Positions 1 to 8,914 of a stretch of DNA of 64,000 nt are shown one piece after another. Below the pieces are notes generated by a model that was given only the letters and a program-made list of their open reading frames with translations, had not been told where the DNA came from and made no database searches. A program made the position numbers and the translations under genes. The DNA comes from Deltaproteobacteria bacterium (GTDB taxonomy: Bacteria > Myxococcota_A > Polyangia > Fen-1088): NCBI GenBank assembly GCA_033763315.1, contig JANRKS010000001.1:247587-311586 (forward strand), in the 5' to 3' direction. How positions within the stretch are numbered: the first letter of the stretch is position 1; each line of letters starts with the position of its first letter.

Positions 1-2088
1 CACGGTTTTGCGCTCACCGCCTTGATTGAACAAGAACCAGGCTTCGCGCTGCTCAAGCACAAGTCGCCGCCTTGGGACGCCATCAAGGTGGTCTGCTTCG
101 ATGCCCAACGTTGCGAACAGCCGCTTGATGAACGCCGCGTTTGCCGTATCTGCATTTAGTTGTCGCGCGATGCCGGGGTGCGTTCCCAGCAGCGTCAACG
201 TGCCGGAGGCCTCGGCGCCTACTTTGGTGGCGGGCACGTGAACGCCAACGATTGTGTTTTGATCTAACAGCACGGGTCGGGCCGCCGAATTGGGCCGCAG
301 CTTGAATTCCTGCAGAACGTGGCCGGGCGCGATTTGGGTGTCCTTGCACGTCGACGATCCAGTGCACATGTGAAATGGCAGTTGGTCGATAGTTGCGTTG
401 CTACCTGAAGCGGCGATCGGTTGCAGCGCCTGGCCATCCACACCCAACCAATCTTGCAACACGGGGTTAAGGAAGGCCGTGGCGGCCACGCCATGCTCAT
501 TGAGGTGGCCTGCACCGGCTTCAAGGATCACATGACCGCCGCCACGGACGTGCGCGATCAACGCTTGCGCCGTGGCGTTCGACATCGCGATGCCAAAAGG
601 CCACCACAAAAGCTTCGGCAGCTTCTCCGTTGTTCCAAGCGAACCCACGTCAACAAACGTTGCGGGCACAGCGGCGTCCCATGCCAAGCGGTAGGCCCCG
701 CGGTAAGCGGCTTTGAACGCACGCAGAACCTCTGCGCCTGTGGCTTGCGCGATGTGCTCTGCGTCTTGCGACACGATGAGGCCAAGTGGAGCGGGTGCAG
801 GAGACGCTTCCGAAAAGAAGTCTGCGTGCGCCGCCAACGCACGCCCCATGTCGCCCGCCGCTTGGGCCCTGGGCCCAACGCTGCCGTCTGCCTCTAAGAG
901 CCCAAACCCATGCGCTTCATTCCACAACAGTTCAGGTCGGTGGTTCCAAAAGCAAATGCCCCGCGCGCCGATTGCCAAACTGCACATCATCCAGCGCCGC
1001 ACATCGCGCGCAGACGGCGTGCGCTTTAGCCCCAGCCCTTCGCCGATGGGCCCACCCTGCAGTTCTGCCGCCCAAAACGGCTTGCCGGCCGCGGCCGCGC
1101 GCGTTTGCTCCAGGGCCATCAGCGGCGATTCCCATTCGCCTGTGGCCCAATCCGGATAAACGGAAGAGCCAAATACATCAACGGAGCGAGCCAAAGCGAA
1201 GTCCGACGACGAGCCCAACGTGGGAGCTGAGACGTGTGTCATCACCGGGCGCCGCAGTGGATCGCCTTTCGCGAAAAAACGCGCCTTCCACGCCAACGCA
1301 TCCTCAAAATAATGCGCGTCCATGAACGCACGCCAATCGGTGGTGGAAGGAACCATGTGAAACACCCGCGGCGGTTGCACATCCGAGAACGCGACGTAGG
1401 GCGTAAGCCACGCCTCGTTGAGGCGCTCAATCGATCCGTATTTTTCCCGTAACCAACGCCGAAAGGCAGTCAGCGTGTGAGGGCAATAACAAAGCTTGCC
1501 GTGACCCGCACGCAGGGCCCACGAATAAAAGCCCACCTCTTGCCACACATTCCACATGGCAATGTTGCTGTGTTTGGCCAGCCGCTTGACCACGGTTGAC
1601 ATGAATCGCCCCGCGGCCGCGCGCACGCCTGGATGATGCCAACACGGACCCGGTTTGCCATCGGCCGGCACCACGTAGGCGCCAGGATCAACGTTGGGCA
1701 ACCCATCCTCGAACACCATCACGGCGTCCGGAAATTTCTGCCACAGCCACACGGGCGCGTGCTCCATCGTCACGCCGAAGAACACGCGCAAGTCGTTCTG
1801 CTTGGCGGCCGCAATCACGCGCTCCACATTCGAAAGATCCACGTCGCCTTCGCGGCGTTCGTCATAAGCCCATGATTCTTGAATCTTGATCATTGAAAAC
1901 CCGAGCTTCTTGAGCGCGGGCAGATCGGCCAGCAACTGCGGCAAGGGCAGGTGTGGCTCGCGATAGATGTGCGTGCCGAATGGAAACCAAGGCGGCTCGG
2001 CTGCGGCGCGTGCCACAAACGGGGAGGAGAGGGCCGCCGCAGACGAGGCCAAGGCCGCTTGCATGCATTGACGGCGGGTTGCTTTCAT
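1..2088 (-). CDS. GH42-like beta-galactosidase with Tat signal peptide (3' end outside window)
   Basis: Not in the ORF track because no stop occurs before the window edge. Manual translation from ATG at 2088 (TGATG overlap with upstream gene): MKATRRQCMQAALASS...FPFGTHIYREP...LKKLGFSMIKIQESWAYDERREGDVDLS...APVWLWQKFPD...PCWHHP...WNVWQE. The window edge reads EAWFLFNQGG, typical of the GH42 C-terminal region. Confidence 0.85.
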   Translation of the reverse strand, partial: MKATRRQCMQAALASSAAALSSPFVARAAAEPPWFPFGTHIYREPHLPLPQLLADLPALKKLGFSMIKIQESWAYDERREGDVDLSNVERVIAAAKQNDLRVFFGVTMEHAPVWLWQKFPDAVMVFEDGLPNVDPGAYVVPADGKPGPCWHHPGVRAAAGRFMSTVVKRLAKHSNIAMWNVWQEVGFYSWALRAGHGKLCYCPHTLTAFRRWLREKYGSIERLNEAWLTPYVAFSDVQPPRVFHMVPSTTDWRAFMDAHYFEDALAWKARFFAKGDPLRRPVMTHVSAPTLGSSSDFALARSVDVFGSSVYPDWATGEWESPLMALEQTRAAAAGKPFWAAELQGGPIGEGLGLKRTPSARDVRRWMMCSLAIGARGICFWNHRPELLWNEAHGFGLLEADGSVGPRAQAAGDMGRALAAHADFFSEASPAPAPLGLIVSQDAEHIAQATGAEVLRAFKAAYRGAYRLAWDAAVPATFVDVGSLGTTEKLPKLLWWPFGIAMSNATAQALIAHVRGGGHVILEAGAGHLNEHGVAATAFLNPVLQDWLGVDGQALQPIAASGSNATIDQLPFHMCTGSSTCKDTQIAPGHVLQEFKLRPNSAARPVLLDQNTIVGVHVPATKVGAEASGTLTLLGTHPGIARQLNADTANAAFIKRLFATLGIEADHLDGVPRRRLVLEQREAWFLFNQGGERKTV

Positions 2089-3257
2089 CATTGCACGGCG
2101 AAGCGCTGAAGAGCCTTCATGTCCAATTCGATTCCCAGGCCTGGCCGCGTGGGCGGATGAATCAAGCCATCTTTCATGGTCAGTTCAACCGAAAGCAAAT
2201 CGCGGCGCAAAGGCGAATCAGACATATCCGCTGGCACATACTCCACGAATGGCACGTGAGGTTGGCTCAAGGCCATGTGCACCGAGGCCGCAATGCCAAT
2301 GCCCGTTTTCCAACAGTGCGGCACAACCAGGCGCCCGTGATCTTCGGCCATGTGGCACACGCGCAAAGCTTCCGTGAGGCCACCAACGCGGCCCACATCG
2401 GGCTGCACCACGGCGAGTTGCCCGCGATGAATGAGATCCGCAAACTCAAAGCGCGTGTTCTGCCACTCGCCCGCGGCGATGCGCATCGGAGCATGCGTGG
2501 CCAGATGCGCGTATCCTGCCAAGTTATCGATTTGCAAAGGCGTCTCCACGAAGAACAAATCAAGATCGCCCCAGTCACGCAAAGTGCGCAAGCACGAATG
2601 CACATCCCACCAGCGGTATTGTACGTCCACCATCAAGGTGAAGTCCCGTCCGGCGGCTTTGCGGCACGCGGTGAGGATTTCGGTCATTTGTTCATCGGTG
2701 CCCGAAAGGCCCGCGTGCCGATACGGCCCCGCCAGCGTGCATTCGCATTTGGCCGCCCGGAAGCCCGCCGCCTTCACCCGTTCGATCCAATCGATCAACG
2801 AGTCGCCATATTCGCGCACGGTGTTGCCATAGGGCTGCAGCGACGCGTAGGGCGTGGCCCCAGGCCTGTGCGCGCCTCCCATCAGCTTGTAGGTGGGCAG
2901 CCCCGTGGCTTTGCCCTTGATGTCCCATAACGCCATGTCGATGGCGCCCATGGCGGCGATCACGGCGCCACGACGTCCGGTCATGCAGGTATACGTGTAA
3001 AGCTTTTGCCACAGCGCGGACGTGTCGAACGGATCGGCGCCGATCAGAAGCTCTTTCATGCCCAACGCCATTGTGTGCGTGCCTGGCGCCTCAATGGCCG
3101 CACGCGCGACGAACGGCCCCGTGTCTGTCTCGCCAACGCCGGTGATGCCTTCGTCGGTGTGCACCAACACCACGATGTCGTCTTGTGCAGAGCTTGTGGC
3201 GTCTTTGCGGATCTGCGGCGACTGCAAGACGAAACATTCGATGTCACGGATCTTCAT
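2088..3257 (-). CDS. Mandelate racemase/muconate lactonizing (enolase superfamily) enzyme, probable sugar-acid dehydratase
   Basis: VHTDEGITGVGE, AIDMALWDIKGK; metal ligands in MVD, VETP, AGE; QPD and PH motifs. Start MKIRDIE overlaps the upstream stop (ATGA). Confidence 0.9.
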   Translation of the reverse strand: MKIRDIECFVLQSPQIRKDATSSAQDDIVVLVHTDEGITGVGETDTGPFVARAAIEAPGTHTMALGMKELLIGADPFDTSALWQKLYTYTCMTGRRGAVIAAMGAIDMALWDIKGKATGLPTYKLMGGAHRPGATPYASLQPYGNTVREYGDSLIDWIERVKAAGFRAAKCECTLAGPYRHAGLSGTDEQMTEILTACRKAAGRDFTLMVDVQYRWWDVHSCLRTLRDWGDLDLFFVETPLQIDNLAGYAHLATHAPMRIAAGEWQNTRFEFADLIHRGQLAVVQPDVGRVGGLTEALRVCHMAEDHGRLVVPHCWKTGIGIAASVHMALSQPHVPFVEYVPADMSDSPLRRDLLSVELTMKDGLIHPPTRPGLGIELDMKALQRFAVQ

Positions 3258-4180
3258 TTCACATTCCTTTGCGATGGACGATTCACGTAAATGCGGCACA
3301 GATGCGGCGCCAGGCCGCGCACCGGTGATCGCAAGTGAAACAACGCGCCGCCGGTCGGCTGCGCCGATGCACTTATGGGGGCCAAGCGGCTGGCCACACG
3401 CTCGGCGGCGGTGGTGATGAACACGTCGCACAGATCATCACCGCCAAAACACAACGACGTCACCTGACTTGCGGGAAGCGCCACGCGTTCGACGATGCAG
3501 CCGGCTGGGTCCAATCGTAGAACACAGCCGCCCCAAAACATCGCGCACCACAAAAAGCCGTCTTCGTCTACGGCGAGTCCATCCGGAACGCCCGCGTCGA
3601 TCCCGAAGGCGTGCAATGTGCGACGGTGCTGAACGCGACCTGTTTCCGCGTCGTATTGATAAGCAAATATCGAACGCCTTACGCTGTCGGTTGCATACAA
3701 CACACGTCCGTCGGGAGACGTGGCGACCCCATTGGCCAAGTGGTACCCACGATCAAGGGCCGTGGCGGTGGCCGTGCGCCCTTCTTCACTGGCAAGGCTC
3801 CACAGCGATCCAGGCGCATAGTCGTGTTCTTCACGAAAATGCTCGGCGCCGCCAATCATACGTCCGCGGGCGTCCACGTAAACGTCATTGAGTGCAGGGC
3901 CAGCATGGCCATGCCCCTGCACCTCGATTGGATGCACCCCTTTATCTAAGTAACGCAGGCCTTCAGGGCCCGCCAGCACGAGCCCTCCGTCGACGTGCTC
4001 GCACACACACGCGGCTTGCCATTCATCGCATAAGGTTGCGGCGCTGGGCTGCGCACCGAGGTTTATCTGCAAAACCTTTTTGTCACTGCAGTCGGTGACG
4101 ACGAGCCTGCGTTGGTGCGGAAGCCACACGGGCGATTCGGCGCACTTCAAATTCAGATCTAGGATTGCAGAGATTTTCAT
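3254..4180 (-). CDS. SMP-30/gluconolactonase family lactonase
   Basis: AESPVW, LND, ANGVATSPDG, PDGLAVDEDGFLW, VTSLCFGG motifs. Confidence 0.9.
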   Translation of the reverse strand: MKISAILDLNLKCAESPVWLPHQRRLVVTDCSDKKVLQINLGAQPSAATLCDEWQAACVCEHVDGGLVLAGPEGLRYLDKGVHPIEVQGHGHAGPALNDVYVDARGRMIGGAEHFREEHDYAPGSLWSLASEEGRTATATALDRGYHLANGVATSPDGRVLYATDSVRRSIFAYQYDAETGRVQHRRTLHAFGIDAGVPDGLAVDEDGFLWCAMFWGGCVLRLDPAGCIVERVALPASQVTSLCFGGDDLCDVFITTAAERVASRLAPISASAQPTGGALFHLRSPVRGLAPHLCRIYVNRPSQRNVK

Positions 4181-5172
4181 GGTTCCGCCGCCCGAGCATC
4201 AAAACGCATTACGAGAAGGGCCCCGGCGAGCGTCAACAAAGCGCCCGGCACCACGGCCCATGTCAGCGGCTCGCGCAGGAACAGGGCGCTCAAGATCACG
4301 CCAAACGCTGGCAGCAAATACGTGGATAGCGACGCCACGGTGACATCGAGCCGCGCCAGCGCGCGGAACCACAGCAGCATCGCCAGCGCCCACGGAAACG
4401 CGGCCAACACGGCCATAGCCACCCACCCGCGAACGGTGAGTGCGCGTAGGGCGTTTACGGCGCCGGGCTCGAACCAAGCCACGGCGATCAAGCCAGCGCC
4501 TGTGGCCACCAGATAGCTGTAAGCGATCAATTCAACGCCTGACCAAACAGTGAGCACCCGCTTCGCAAGCGTGTTGTAGATCGCGCTTGATAAGCATGAA
4601 CCCAGAACCAAAGCCAAACCCAGCGCCGCTTGTGTTGGCGCCTCACCCGACGAAAGCGCGGTGCCATCCCCCGGTTGGGCAAGTGAAAGCCACAGGCCGC
4701 CCGATAAAGACACAACAAGGCCGATGAGACGCACCAGGGTCAAACGTTCGCCGAGCAGGGGCCACGCCACCAGCCCTGTGAGCACGGGCGTTGATAAACC
4801 AATCAGCGCCGCGCGTGAAGCACCAACCTTGCTTTCTCCCCAAGCCAGAAGGCCCACCGCGGGAATGAGGCCCAGCAAACTGGCGGCTGCAAACGCGGCC
4901 CAGAAGGCACCGGTTTGTGGCTGAGCGACTTGCCGCTGTCGCGTGCGGCGCACCGCCACGGGCAAAACCAAGAGGCAAGCGAGGCTGAGGCACACGACGG
5001 TGAGGGTGAGCGGCGGAAGCTGCGCAATCGCTACGCGGCTGGCGGGGTATTGCAACGCCCACAGCGCATTGACCAGCACCAAAAGACCCATGTTGCGAAG
5101 CGCAAGTCCGCGTCGCAAAGTGGTTAAACCACTTGTGGGAACAAAGCTGGGTGAAGTGTGCAACGCCGCCAT
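4177..5172 (-). CDS. DMT/EamA family transporter (start uncertain: 5172 or a later in-frame TTG/ATG, e.g. 5091)
   Basis: About 10 hydrophobic segments in two EamA halves (LLGERLT; LFLREPLT). Confidence 0.85.
   Translation of the reverse strand: MAALHTSPSFVPTSGLTTLRRGLALRNMGLLVLVNALWALQYPASRVAIAQLPPLTLTVVCLSLACLLVLPVAVRRTRQRQVAQPQTGAFWAAFAAASLLGLIPAVGLLAWGESKVGASRAALIGLSTPVLTGLVAWPLLGERLTLVRLIGLVVSLSGGLWLSLAQPGDGTALSSGEAPTQAALGLALVLGSCLSSAIYNTLAKRVLTVWSGVELIAYSYLVATGAGLIAVAWFEPGAVNALRALTVRGWVAMAVLAAFPWALAMLLWFRALARLDVTVASLSTYLLPAFGVILSALFLREPLTWAVVPGALLTLAGALLVMRFDARAAEP
5118..5134. promoter_or_regulatory. Palindromic FadR-type operator AAGTGGT-TAA-ACCACTT
   Basis: Perfect 7-bp inverted arms identical to the site at 6710-6726; TGGT-N3-ACCA core characteristic of FadR-subfamily operators. 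Confidence 0.7.
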
Positions 5173-5183
5173 GGTCAGCAAGC

Positions 5184-5954
5184 TCAGAACGTGATGGTCA
5201 AGCCGCCATCGGCGACCAACGTGTGGCCGGTGACATAGCTGCAATCATCAGAGGCCAAAAACAGCGCCACGGCTGCCACCTCGCTGGCGGTGCCCGGCCG
5301 CGCCAAAGGAATCTTCCGCTTACCTACGTACCATTGCGCGAAGTCTGCGGTGGTGGTCTCGTCGACGCCGTCGACGATCGATAGCGGTGTATGAATGCAA
5401 CCGGGCGCGATGGCGTTCACCAAGATGCCGTCAGGCGCCAGATCAACCGCCAACGATCGCGTGAACGCATGCAGGGCGCCTTTTGACGCCGTATACGCAC
5501 CCAATCTGCCTTCCGTCGCGATCGCCTGCGCCGAACCCACATTGATGATCCGGGCGTGGTTGCTTTGCCGCAAAGCTTCGAGGCTGGCTTTGCAGCCAAG
5601 TCGAACCGCCCCAAGGTTGACGTCCATCACCCGTTGCCAGGCCGCATCTGTATCGTGCGCGATGTGCGCGTACGGCGAAACGGCCGCATTGTTCACCAAA
5701 ATGTCGACGCCGCCGAAGCGCGTGCGGGTTTGCTGCACACAGGCCTGCCACGCCTCGGCGTTCGTGATGTCAAACGGGAAGGCATGTGCACCCAAAGACG
5801 CACACGTTTCCTTGAGCTCCGTCTCTAAAACGTCAATGCCAATAACGTGTGCGCCTTGCTGAACAAAGGTGGCAACGATGCCAGCGCCTATGCCACGCGC
5901 CGCCCCTGTGACGATGGCCACGCGCCCCGCAAGTCGATCTCTGCCAAGATTCAT
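5184..5954 (-). CDS. SDR family NAD(P)-dependent oxidoreductase (probable sugar dehydrogenase)
   Basis: TGAARGIG, VDILVNNA, YTASK, VNAIAPG, DGG. Confidence 0.92.
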   Translation of the reverse strand: MNLGRDRLAGRVAIVTGAARGIGAGIVATFVQQGAHVIGIDVLETELKETCASLGAHAFPFDITNAEAWQACVQQTRTRFGGVDILVNNAAVSPYAHIAHDTDAAWQRVMDVNLGAVRLGCKASLEALRQSNHARIINVGSAQAIATEGRLGAYTASKGALHAFTRSLAVDLAPDGILVNAIAPGCIHTPLSIVDGVDETTTADFAQWYVGKRKIPLARPGTASEVAAVALFLASDDCSYVTGHTLVADGGLTITF

Positions 5955-6709
5955 TGGCGCGCCTTCTGCAGATTGTGGAACTCGAGCGCCGCTTGCTGCA
6001 GATGCTTCGTCATGTGCCGGCTTGCGGCGGCGGCGTCCCGACGTTTCACGGCCTTCAGGATCTGCACATGCTGTTTGAGTGCCTGATCAAGGTCGTGGTG
6101 TTCAGAAATGTGCCGCGCTTCGCGCTCTTCAATGACGTCGAAAAGGACCTTGCACAAAGATGCCAAAACAACGTTCCCGGCAGCCTCAACAAGGGTGCGG
6201 TGAAACGCAACGTCAGCGCGCCAAAACGCTTCGGCGCGACGTTCCTTGCAAGCGGCCTCCATGGCCGTCACCGCCGCCGTAAGAGTGTCTATCTGGACAG
6301 GGCTCGCATGTGTCGCCGACAAAGCCGCGATCGGCGGCTCAAGAATAAGCCGCGTTTCATACATCGTTTGCAGTGGCACCTCGTGCAAGCCGGACAACAT
6401 GGAGAGGCCTTCGCTCGGCAGGCGCGGGGGACCATCGACCACGAAGGTTCCCGAGCCATGGCGTGAATCGATCACGCCCAAGCCAAGAAGCGTGGAGAGC
6501 GCCGTACGAAGGCTGCCCCGCGATACGCCGAACTTTTGCGCCAGCGCACGCTCGGCGGGCAGCCGCGTTCCAGGACGCAACTCACGCCGATGGATCATCT
6601 GGCGGATGCGTGCCACCACCATGTCTGACGTGGCGCCGCCGCTGGGTGCACGCTGCGCCTTTGCCTGCGTGGCGGTGCGGAGCGCGGGAGACAACGATCG
6701 CTGCGGCAT
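5951..6709 (-). CDS. GntR/FadR family transcriptional regulator
   Basis: wHTH LRPGTRLPAERALAQKFGVSRGSLR plus FCD domain (DVAFH...GN, H...H). First gene of a translationally coupled operon. Confidence 0.92.
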   Translation of the reverse strand: MPQRSLSPALRTATQAKAQRAPSGGATSDMVVARIRQMIHRRELRPGTRLPAERALAQKFGVSRGSLRTALSTLLGLGVIDSRHGSGTFVVDGPPRLPSEGLSMLSGLHEVPLQTMYETRLILEPPIAALSATHASPVQIDTLTAAVTAMEAACKERRAEAFWRADVAFHRTLVEAAGNVVLASLCKVLFDVIEEREARHISEHHDLDQALKQHVQILKAVKRRDAAAASRHMTKHLQQAALEFHNLQKARQ

Positions 6710-6751
6710 AAGTGGTTCGACCACTTTGGCGCGCGCCGGAGCCTGGATCAA
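6710..6751 (-). promoter_or_regulatory. sigma70-like promoter (TTGATC-17 nt-CAAAGT) overlapped by FadR operator AAGTGGT-TCG-ACCACTT (6710-6726)
   Basis: The perfect palindrome abuts the FadR ATG and covers the -10 element and predicted TSS, a classic autorepression layout. Confidence 0.7.
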
Positions 6752-6808
6752 GGCGAAATGCAACGCAACATTGGTTTGCCGACTTAGATCAGCGGTGCAA
6801 GATATGTC

Positions 6809-7300
6809 TCAAACCACCTTGGAATAGAAGAGCGACCCGCCCGTTGCGTCGCCATAGACCGCTTGACCTAATCCGAAACGCTCGTAGGTGCGGCGCGCGC
6901 GATGGTTGTTCTCTTGCACTTCAAGCGTGATCTTCACGCAGCCGAGCGCCTGCGCTTTGGCCTGCACGGCACAAAGCAAAGCGTGCCCCACACCACGCCC
7001 ACGATGCTCCGGCAACACCGCCAGATCGTGAATGTTGATGAGCGGCCGCGCCGCAAACGTGGAGAACCCAAGAAAGCATGTGGCGATGCCGACCGCACTG
7101 CCCTGCACCAAAGCCAAGAAGACCATGGTGGTGGGATGCGCCCGCAGCGCTGGAATCAGCCTTTGCAGCACCTCGGGCGCCAAAGGCGCGCCGTTGCCCA
7201 TTGCATCCATGGCGTAAGCGGAGGTGAGTGCGACGATTGACTGTTGATGCGAGGGGTTCGCCAAATCAGCTTCGATGATCTGAGGCAGGGATGTTGTCAT
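6809..7300 (-). CDS. GNAT family N-acetyltransferase
   Basis: IHDLAVLPEHRGRGVG acetyl-CoA motif; LEVQENN..A...YERFG. Confidence 0.9.
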   Translation of the reverse strand: MTTSLPQIIEADLANPSHQQSIVALTSAYAMDAMGNGAPLAPEVLQRLIPALRAHPTTMVFLALVQGSAVGIATCFLGFSTFAARPLINIHDLAVLPEHRGRGVGHALLCAVQAKAQALGCVKITLEVQENNHRARRTYERFGLGQAVYGDATGGSLFYSKVV

Positions 7301-7423
7301 GTCGAAGTCTTCGGGGGTGGATTCCACAAGCGCTGGTTGCGGTCGTGGTCCGGTATTTTGAACTCGGCAACGCGGGGCTTGGATTTGCGTCCCTCACGCT
7401 GCGCTTGCTTTCAGCTGACAGTC

Positions 7424-7705
7424 CTACTTCACACAGCGCCTATAAACGACTTTGCCGCCGTGGCCGACCGCGAATGGCTCCCATCCTTCTGGTGCCGTAT
7501 CAGTGTGCGGTTTGTCCATCTCTGGCAAGGGGGCATTGAGGTCGATCACCGGTGGCAGCGTTGCTGTTTGCCATTGTTTGCACACCGCAGGAGCACCTTC
7601 GTAGCCGGCTTTCGCGAAGGTCGCTTGAAAGGAAGCGGTTGCCAAGATTGTGGCCGCCGCCGTCCCCACGACCCATACCCACACTTTTAAATTGCCATTG
7701 CGCAT
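7424..7705 (-). CDS. Small secreted hypothetical protein
   Basis: Hydrophobic N-terminal signal, two Cys (CKQW...YRRC), GWEPF motif. Confidence 0.6.
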   Translation of the reverse strand: MRNGNLKVWVWVVGTAAATILATASFQATFAKAGYEGAPAVCKQWQTATLPPVIDLNAPLPEMDKPHTDTAPEGWEPFAVGHGGKVVYRRCVK

Positions 7706-7777
7706 GGAGCCTAGTTTCCCCCCGACGTTTCACGTTGGCCAGCGGAACTTACTGTGCTCACCGTTGTGATACCATCG

Positions 7778-8878
7778 ATGACCATGGCGCAGACGACGGC
7801 CCTCGGATCGATCACGGTTGTTTTGTTGATCACGTTGAGCTGCTCGTCAGGGGGCAACACCAGCGAAGATGCAGACGCCGCTGGTGCTGGTTCAGGCGGC
7901 GTGGGTGGCCGCGCTTTCAGTGATGGCGGCACAGCAGGCGATGGTGGCAAAGCGGCCACCACGGGGGCGGCCGGTGGCGGCGGCCAAGCAGGCGGCGGCG
8001 GGGTGGGTGCAGCTGCAGGTGCGATGGCCAGCGGTGGAACGGGGGGCGCAGGATCGGGCACGGGCGGCATGGGGGGTGCGAGCGCTGCAAAACCAAGCGC
8101 TGGTTGTGCGAAAGGCACCGGGCGCCCCGCAGGCGGCGTGGTCGCGGTGGCACAAAATTATTCGTTCACGTTTCCCGCCACGTACGACGGCAAAACGCCG
8201 TTCCCGGTGTTCATTGGCTTTCATGGCTGTGGCGCGGGAAACCGCGGCACCGAAACAAGCAACACGGAATGGATTTCGCTTTCTAAGGGCACCGCGTTTG
8301 AAACCCAATATGTGCGCGCGGTGCCCGTCTCGTCGGACGCCGGTGGCTGTTGGAACTACGCGAACGACATTCCACGCGTCACCAAGATGTTTGACGAGTT
8401 GCTGGCAAATCATTGCGTTGACACAAGCCGCGTGTTCGCAACTGGCCACAGCTCAGGCGCACAACTTCTCGTTCAAATTCTCACCGACAAGCATGTGGCC
8501 GACGCGCAGCATTTGGGCTTTGCAGGTGTGGCGCCCGTGGCCGCTTCCGATTACGGCGTGATCAAGGGACCGATCCCCGTGATGTACATCCAGGGCAAGA
8601 TGGACAAGGAGCGTTCGAACGGTGATGGCCACGAGGCGGTCGCTCGGTTCACCGCCGCGAACACGTGTGGTGGCACCTCTGCCGCTTACACGCAGGTGGT
8701 GGCTTGCAAAAGCCAAGCTGGTGGCGGGCAGGTGAATCCTGGGTGCGTGAAGTACGACGCTTGCAAAGCGCCCACCATCTGGTGCTCGCACAACGATCCG
8801 TTCTACAGCGGCACTATGCACGGCGTGCCTTGCTTTGGCATGAAGGCCATGGTCGACTTTTTTGCCAGCGTGCCGTGA
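7778..8878 (+). CDS. Lipoprotein alpha/beta-hydrolase esterase (feruloyl esterase/PHB-depolymerase-like, CE1-like)
   Basis: Lipobox TLSC, Gly-rich linker, FHG oxyanion motif, CVDTSRVFATGHSSGA nucleophile elbow, QGxxD and late His. Confidence 0.8.
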   Translation: MTMAQTTALGSITVVLLITLSCSSGGNTSEDADAAGAGSGGVGGRAFSDGGTAGDGGKAATTGAAGGGGQAGGGGVGAAAGAMASGGTGGAGSGTGGMGGASAAKPSAGCAKGTGRPAGGVVAVAQNYSFTFPATYDGKTPFPVFIGFHGCGAGNRGTETSNTEWISLSKGTAFETQYVRAVPVSSDAGGCWNYANDIPRVTKMFDELLANHCVDTSRVFATGHSSGAQLLVQILTDKHVADAQHLGFAGVAPVAASDYGVIKGPIPVMYIQGKMDKERSNGDGHEAVARFTAANTCGGTSAAYTQVVACKSQAGGGQVNPGCVKYDACKAPTIWCSHNDPFYSGTMHGVPCFGMKAMVDFFASVP

Positions 8879-8914
8879 TGGTCCGCGCGCTTGAAACGTG
8901 GCTGCGCGACGCTT

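Noticed and set aside
26-2068. Short ORFs listed in the first 2 kb
   Set aside because: Explained by the single open minus-strand GH42 frame from 2088 to the window edge.
6769-6785. Third FadR operator (TTGGT-TTG-CCGACTT)
   Set aside because: The right half-site is degenerate; not supportable without binding data.
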